A DNA stretch of 64,000 nucleotides from Harriotta raleighana (taxonomy: Eukaryota): the NCBI GenBank assembly GCA_050575255.1, contig JBNZDD010013678.1, positions 4,622,753-4,686,752 on the forward strand. The letters run 5' to 3'. Shown in pieces: positions 52,301 through 61,300 of the stretch. The notes below the pieces were generated by a model, which ran no database searches, was not told where the DNA came from, and saw only the letters and a program-made list of their open reading frames with translations. Positions within the stretch are counted from its first letter, which is position 1; the number at the start of each line of letters is the position of its first letter. The translations under genes and the position numbers were made by a program.

Positions 52301-55300
52301 CATTCTTAAACCATGTAGCTGTAATCTCGGGTGTTCCTGTGAAACTGCACTCCAGAGTTGCTGAATCTCCTGCAGTCACACTGATGGATTCTGCCTTCTC
52401 TATGATATTTGCAGGTTCTGTATCAAAAATAAGAGTGTAAGAACATGGCAATACAACACCATATTTAAGATAAATAAGAAAGAATAGAAGAACGCAAGTA
52501 TATAAAGAAAGGAAGAAATAAGAAAAGACCATTTCGGCCCATTTGGCTTGCTCTCTTTTGAGCTTTTATATTGAATTGATCAAAGAGCTTTATTTATAGT
52601 TTCACTAATCCCAGGTAGCTCAGTTTGTCGAGCACCAGATTTTGGACCCAGGGATCCTATGTACAAATCACAATGGGTCCATTCAACACTTTACCTTGTT
52701 GAGGTGGATAAAATAAGTTATGTGACTTACAATATCCTCCATGGGGTAAGTGGAGTCAGTCCAGGCACAGGTTTATTGTCAGCACCTTGGGACGTCCTCC
52801 CAACTTGAAAGCCACCATACAAATGGGATTTTTTTGTGGTTGTTGTTGAGTATTCAACAGTCTGTCAGACTTATTAATGAACCTCATAAGCATAGCAAAG
52901 CCCCAATGGGCCAGTCTTAGGTTGCCAACCGTTTACTAATGCTTCATAAATAATATTACCCTTTCATAACTCTACCCCTTAGAGATTTGCCTACAAAAAT
53001 TCACAGTCACCACACTTCATAGTAAATCCTGTGAAGTCCTTCAAGAAGTCCTCCTAATGTGAAAATGTTCTGTCAAATGCAAGGATGACTATTTTTAGAT
53101 TGTATGACTTGTTTTATATTCTAGAATGTAATTAGCCCTTCTAAGCAATTATTACACGCACATCCAATTATTACAACACTATATACACACAATTGCCTGC
53201 AGTAATTATAATATTAACTACTTACACAAATCATTATTTATGTTTGAATGACAATTCAACAACTAGCAAACAGTATACTTCTCTTCCATCTGAATATCTT
53301 AAATGCCTCTGCATAAACTCTCTTCCCTTCTTCACTTGGCTGAGTTACACTCACTAGGACCATCTTAAAATAATATTCCCTCAGTTTCAATAACTCTCCC
53401 CATTATTATGGTATTTCTCTTTCCCACTTAGTTATACTTATAGCTCAGTAACATTCACCAGCCCACATGATCACTTGACAAGCAAGAATCCAGCAACATT
53501 ATGTCACCATTTTCTTAACCTCTTATATCTTACATTATAAATAACAATAACATTCCTTGCATTTGATATGACGCATATGATGATTTCACTTCAGGTAGTT
53601 GTCTCGAAGAAGGGCTTTCTGTGAAGTGTATTGAGGGTATTTTGCAGGCAAATGCAGAAGTCAATTTGGACACAGCATTGTCCCACAAGCAGCCATGAAG
53701 TGAATGACCAGTTTATTATCTGGAGATTTTTGAATCAGGACACCAGGAGAAGATCCCCTTCTCTTTTCAATTGGTGCCAAAAGAGCTTTAACCTCCACTT
53801 GAGCAGGTAGATAGGACCTCAGTTTAATGTCGAATCGATGGATGGTTCTTCCAACTATGCAATGCTTTCCCCGCCTTGTGCTGGAGAGTCAGCCGAGATG
53901 ACGGGATTTCAAAATCATGACTTGAGGCTTTCAACGCCTTGGGACGTCCTCCTGACGTGAAAGGCACTATACAAGTGTAATTTTGTTGTTGTTTTTGAGG
54001 CTTGAACCCATAATGAGCCAGGCTGACAGCCAAGTTAATATCAAACTCAACTTTTAATTACATTGCATTTTAGATGTTTAAAAATTATAGAAAAGCTTAT
54101 GGTTCTCATTAAACCTGTGTTGATTTCTGTAACAATCTTCCAGATGATATTGCACTTCATTTGGATGCTTTACAACTGAATCACCCCCCGTACAGTTACA
54201 AACAACTGTTATTACATTTAGAGTGGTTGCCAAAGTTGAAAGATAACACACTTTATCCAATAATGTCTGAAACCAACCTTTCACTACCAAAGCTGCAACA
54301 CACTTTTGGCTTCCTGCGGCATTCTTTGCCTCACAGAGGAACTTTCCACTGTGATGGTTTTCAACGCATGCAATCTGAAGTGTGGCTACATTCTTCTCAA
54401 AAGAGATTTTAATGTTAGCATCTTCTCTGACATCGTCTTTATCTTTTTGCCAGGCTACGGAAATTGGGCTGGATCCTTTCACAGAGCACTGGAACACAGC
54501 CGAGCTTCCCAGCAGCACGGAAAGATTGTCAATCTTCTTAACAAACGACGGGGGCGCTGGGTGTGAAATAAAATACCAAGAGTAAGAGATTCGTCGATGG
54601 GTCCATTCCAGTAAAGAGTCATGCTACGATACTGAAACAAGAATTGTATTGCAACAGAAAGAAAGGCACTTGTTAAGTCTTCACCAACCTTTCAATGTCA
54701 CTGAAGAGCTGCACTCACAACTTCCTATTTCGTTAGACACCTTGCAATGGTATTCACCGGCATCTAAAGTGTCGAATGAAAGAACATGCAACCTAATGGA
54801 AGAGTCTTGACAGATTGTCTTAAACCTTTTGCTCGGTCGGATTTGTTTCTCTTCCTTGAGCCACATGATGTCGTAGGGGCCTGTACCAGTGACTTGACAC
54901 TCAAGAATGACTTCAGAAGCTTTCAACACCTCAAGACTTTCAAGTTCTTTGGTGAAAGATGGTGGTTCTACAAAGCAACACACGATAAATTCAATCAAAT
55001 AGGGTTCTGTAAACACTCAAGCATTCATCATCTCAGAGAGTTGTTTCCTGATTATGGAACATTAAAAGAAAGACAATGTGTGGACAGACCTTTAATTGTT
55101 ACGGTAACACTGCAACTCTGGCTCCCAGCTTCATTCTGGGCTTCACAAATGTATTCACCACTGAGTTCCACAGTGGCATTAAGAATTTCAAGAACTGGTA
55201 CAGAGTCAACAAATGACATCCTGTATCTGTCACTAGCCTGAATCTTCTCGTCATTCTTGTACCAGGTAACTTGAATTTCGGGTGTGCCAGTCACTTCACA

Positions 55301-58300
55301 CTCAAATCGTGCTGAATCACCCTGTTGAAGTAATTTTGATGACTCCAGTTTCCTGAGGAACACTGGGGGTTCTATAAAAATCAAGATATCAAAGAATAAT
55401 TCATGTAAAAGCTATATAAAAGAAGACACAGACGAAAACACAGACAAAAACATTCATGCCTGTTCACAGCGATTGATAATTTCAACTGCCAAATATATGT
55501 ACACACCAACAAATGTGCACCATTGGAAACATTTTGATACAACCAAAGGTAGAGAATAGCAAAAGGAAAGTTAGAAACTAGATAGCTCTCTTAGGAATTT
55601 GAACATAAAATCGCACCTTTCACAAAAAGATTTGCTGTACTTGAAATCGTTCCTGCATCGTTGCTGATTTCGCAAGTGTAGTCACCCATGTCAGAAGGTT
55701 TCACCGAAAAAAGTTCAATGAAAGTGGAGGTATTGTCCTTCATGATGAAGCAGCTGCCGCCAGTCACCAGCTCTGTGTTCCCCTTGATCCATTTGATTGT
55801 AAAAGGAGGTGTTCCATCCATGACAGCCTTGAACTTCACTGATGAACTCGGTATCACTTGCTCTGATATTGGTTTGACAAGGAAACTTGGGGGCTCTAAA
55901 AGACATTCAGGAAAAAAAAAGCAAATCAATAATAAACGAAAATGGGGCGAGCATGCTTTTTCCCATTAACTCTGCTTGAGGCATAAATAAAGGCAAGTTG
56001 CCATTTGTTTTGCTCAGAATCTATGTGAAAGCAAGAGCAACAACACATGGACACAATATGAACAAGATAGTCGTCAATGAAGAAACATATAGATGTTTCT
56101 ATTTGTAAAGAACATTTGCACGTTTTAAAAATGTTTACAGAAGCACCGAATAGATTTGATGAAGCTTTAAAACGAGAGGAGAAACGAAACAATGTGAGCA
56201 GCGTTCGAATTCATTGGAAATGAACGATTTCAAACCTTTGACAGCTAAAACCCCACTGCATTCATCCTTTCCCGCAGGATTTGTAGCTTTGCAGGAGTAG
56301 GTTCCACCGTCTGAAAGCTCCAGGTGACTAATCTCCAGGCTTGCGGTATTGTCGCGACATGTTATTTTGTATTTGTCACTGGCCGACAGCTCTTTTTCGT
56401 CTTTGTACCAAGAGGTGCTGATGGGAACCGAACCGGAGAATTTGCATTCCAGGTGTGACGAGCCGCCCAAGATGCCTGACTCCTTCCGGAGTTTTTTGGT
56501 GAATGAAGGGGCGATCATACGATCTGTCCAACACAAAGTAACCGAGTTATTGGAATCCAATCACAGAGGTACAGTATTTACATTCATAAGTCAAGGTGAC
56601 ATGGCAATGAAAATCGTGTAATGTTATACTAACCCAGCACAGTGATAGATGTTTCACAACTGCAACTACCCACGTCATTTTTGACTTCAAAAGAGTATTT
56701 CCCGCTATCGCTTTTTTCCACAGAGAATATCTTCAGGCTTGCCACCTTGTCCGAAAGAATGGTCTTGTATTTCCTTGGAGATAATAACTCATTGCCATCC
56801 TTAAACCACTTAGCTTTGAGTTCTGGAGTACCAGCTATAATGAACTCCAGAGTTGCTGGGTCGCCGGCGGTTACACTGATGGGTTCGGCTTTCTCTAGGA
56901 TTTTTGCGGGTTCTGTGACAAATATCAAATGGATACCAATAAGAGAACTCACCAGTTGAAGGCGTCACCGTGTTATAAAACAAGGATTCGTGAATGAACA
57001 CATTATAAAGATCGCCCAACTGACCTTTCACGGTCAGTATTGCGAGGCATTTCTGACTTCCAGCTTCATTTTCGATCTCACAGGAGAACTTGCCGCTGTT
57101 TCTCATCTCCACAGCGGCAATCTGAAGCGTCCCGACATTGTCCTCAAAAGTCATCTTGATATTGTCGCTCTGGGTGACAATATTTTTATCTTTCACCCAA
57201 GTGAGAGTGATGGGAGCCGAACCCTTGACGGTGCATTGAAACACAGCAACGCTCCCCAAAAGGGAAGTGACGTTTTCGATCTTCCTCACAAATACAGGGG
57301 GCTCTGAGTTAGAATCAACAAACACACACAGATGAAAATTTCTGCTAAAACCATCCAGACGCCCAATGGAGAATTCACAAGCTTCTCGTTACGGCAGGCA
57401 GATCAAAAAGTAATTTTGAATTTTTTTTTCCCCCTACCGAAACAAAAACGACGACGACAACGTGACCCACCTTTTATCTTCACTGAAGCACCGCATGAAC
57501 ATTTCCCCACTTCATTGGAGACTGTGCACTGATAGTCACCGACATCTGAGAACTCAAAGGAACTGATGTGCAGGGAAGCCCGAGTGTTCTGACAGATCAA
57601 CCTGTATTTCTTGCTGCTTCGAACCTGCTTTTTGTCTTTATGCCAGGTCACTTCAAAGGGAGGGGTGCCGAGCAACTCGCATTGAAGAGTGTGATTGAGT
57701 CCTTTGACGACCTCAGCTTCCTCAAACTCCTTGCTAAAAGAAGGAGGTTCTGTAAAGCAACACACGCACAAAAAGACAAACTCAAGATTCGAGTCAATTT
57801 GGAACCGCCGATCTAGTGTAAAAAGATTAAAGGAGAAAGCCACCAGAAATCTCTGTGACCATAGAATTAAATCGATATCAGCCAAAGAGAGATCTTACAG
57901 ACCTTTGATCGTGATGACACAGCTGCAGCTGTCAGTACCAGCTTCGTTTTGTGCTTCGCAAACATACTCCCCGCCGTCCTCGATCATCAGATCAGCTATA
58001 TCGAGGGCAGCTATCGCATCGATAAATGATGCTCTGCAGTTTTCTGAAGGGCTGAGGATGTTATTGTTCTTGTACCAGATCACACTAATTTCAGGTGAGC
58101 CCTTTATTTTGCATTGCAAGTGGAGAGAATCGCCTTGTTTCAACAGCAGAATTGGGTCTGGCTTCTTCACGAACGAAGGAGGTTCTGAAGAAAGGTTTGA
58201 AGAAACATTATAAGAGGCACTTCACGAAAGTTAAGTATCAGAAAAAGACAAGTGCGGTGTGAGTGAGCGAAAAAGAAAGCACTGAACATCAATAATCAGA

Positions 58301-61300
58301 AGAGGCTTATATCTACTAAATGTATATCATCTAAAGGTGAATGCTATACTCCCAACACCTTGAGACGTCCTCCTGATGTGAAAGGTGTTCGATAAATGTA
58401 AATTTGTTGTTGTTGTTGTATTTCCATTTAAGGAACAATTAATGGTACTTTAGTACCAATCAGATGACATTACATAACCACATTTATCTATGGTTTCCTA
58501 CAAAATACACAGTCAATGCACTTTATTGTGGATCCTGTACATTGGTTTAGAAGTCCTTCAGACGTTAAAGGCCCTAAATCAAATGTAATAATTGTTAATT
58601 ATTATTACATGGTTATATTTGAAAACAATATTATTCATAGGCATGTATTTAAATAGCTGGGGCTTTGCTAATGGATTTTGGAACTTGTCAAATTTTATCA
58701 ATAAGCCACACAATTAATAAATTACAAATTTGCTGCTGGAAAACTAGAATAGCATTATTATATATTTAAAAAGAGAATTGTCAGATACAAAGCATTAAAT
58801 GCACTATTATATCTATGGGCAGCACATTATTCTAGAATCTAGACCAAAAATCACATGCAAGCAAATTAAAACTCGTTGGTAGGCGAATTAAAACCTTTCT
58901 GGTTTTGAGAAGTACTGTTTCACAAGATCGCAAGAGAGATTCACATGAAGAAGGCTCTTCTTTATCCTTCCAAAATATCTTCCCGACCATTCACAGCATC
59001 AAACTGTTTAAATGAGTCCAATGTTCTGCCTCAACCACTCTTACTAACAAATCCTTCCAATCATTTCTTACTCTTCAGGTAAAGAAACACTTCCCGGAGT
59101 CTGTGCTGAAATTGCCGGTTACTACCCTAAACCTGTTCTGTTACCTTGGTGTGTTCAAAAGTATTGTTACCTACATTTAAACTGTTACATTACAAAAACA
59201 GGTCCTTTGCCTGTGCTTATCCAGCTAACAGCACCCTATTCATTTAGGCTCATTGGGATTATCAGGAGCTGAGTGGGGGAAATCCCTTGTCCACAATCAG
59301 TTTGCTATTTTTTGCTGCTACGAAAGGAACGTACTTTTAAAAAATAATCACATTCTAATAATAATATGACGCATAAGATAAGGTGAAACAATGAGAAGAG
59401 AAAGATCCTTATGTAAAGATGTGTAAAATATATGGCTGTTAAACAATTCAGCCGTTAATACTGTAATTATGAAGCCCATTGATGGAGAATATGATTCAAA
59501 CAGGATAAATCATCCCAATGTGAATCCAAGTGTTTTGTTTCCAAGTCTTCAGTGTAAACTCCATTGATTAAATTGGCATTGTAATCTTAGGCTTCACGAC
59601 CTTGCTTCTCTCCATGGATTGTTAAAATATAGCAAAAATATGATATTTTAAGGATTACAAGTGCTTTAAAGAAACATAGTAATATAAGTAGTAAGATTGT
59701 TTGTTGCCTGTGAACCAGGTAAAACAGCATTTAATACAATGCATGCACCATAAAATTGTGAAAGCACAGTTTACAGTTTGGGCTTTAGCTTGGGGAACTA
59801 TCGGGAGCTGAGTGGGAACAATCCCCATATTCTATATAAATTATATGGAAATTGCACTCATTTAGGGGTAAAAAGGGTTGATTTGAAGACTCTAAATGAG
59901 TAAGAGTACGAAAAGCAACACATTTAAAGATTTCCAGAAGAATTGTCTGTTCCTATATCACAGCCTCCAATCAATATGTTTGAATTGAATTGTTTACATT
60001 GAAAAGAATGTAACCTTTAAGATTAAGAAACTATATTAATTGTATGATAATTTATTTTCCATTTTCACTAACCCGAATCACTGGCTGACTAATCTGTATT
60101 AAGATATGTTACTTTTACTAACATCTTTACTACATCTGCAGGAATTACCAGGTTTTGCTTACAATTTTTCCACTAATCAGTACAGTAAATCTTACCTTTT
60201 ACTGTGACTAATGCTGAGCAGAAGGTACTTCCAGCTTCATTTGAAGCTGTGCACATATAATTTCCTGTATCTTTTAGCCTGCTTTTCAGGATTTCCAAAA
60301 CTGCTACTTTGTCTTCAAAAGTCATTCTATAATCTTTGCCTGGTCGAAGAATTTCTTCATCTCTCTTCCAAGCAATCTTGACTCCTATGTCTTCGTCCAC
60401 TTGGCATTCAAGACGCACATTGCTGTTAACTGTTGTCTTGATGGCTTTGAGACTCCTAGTGAAATGTGGTATGTCGACTACTGTCAGATGAGCACTGCAG
60501 ATATCAGTGCCACAGTGATTGGTCACCTTACAAGAGTAATCGCCCTTGTCTTCCAACTTCAAATGACTAATTTCCAGAATGCGTTTGTTTTCTTTGGATG
60601 AAATCTTGCAATTTTCTTCCTGAATTATGTCGACTCCGTTCTTCTGCCAAACGGTGTGGATCACAGGGGATCCAGTTACAACACACTGAAATTTCGCTGA
60701 TTTACCCAGAAATACTGTAACTGGATCTGGTCTAGTTACAAAGCTTGGCGGTAAGAGTTCTACAAAATAAACATCTTGGGTTAGATTTCCAATTTATATC
60801 ACTTAATGTCTAAGAATGCACACTACTAGGACTGGTATGTCGCCCTGATTTACTTAAAAGATAAAGACAAAGAGAGAGACCCAAAGAATTTGTAGGAAAG
60901 AGGGTTTACAACACCATCTATTGCTACCATTCAGGCAGTACTAACTGAAATAATTGAAAGCAACTTAATTTTAAGAACCCATTGTTTGGATGAGAAAATT
61001 GACTTGATCGTCAAAGTTCTTGAATAGCATTGCTACCATTCACTGTGCATTCAGGCACCTTGCAATAACCATACAAAGGTGATTCAGAAACATGCAAAGA
61101 TTATGAACCTTTGTATTGTTTAAAATCAAAGTTCAAAGAAGTTGATGTAAATGATATCTAAATAGTCTGTTATATAGTGATCATAAAATAGCCTTAGCCA
61201 CCTATTCATTTGCTGCAAAGGCCATAATTCTTTGGATAGACGCTATTTTATTAGTGAAGTGTGCTGGTTTTACTTGTCATAATACATATGAAACATGAGC

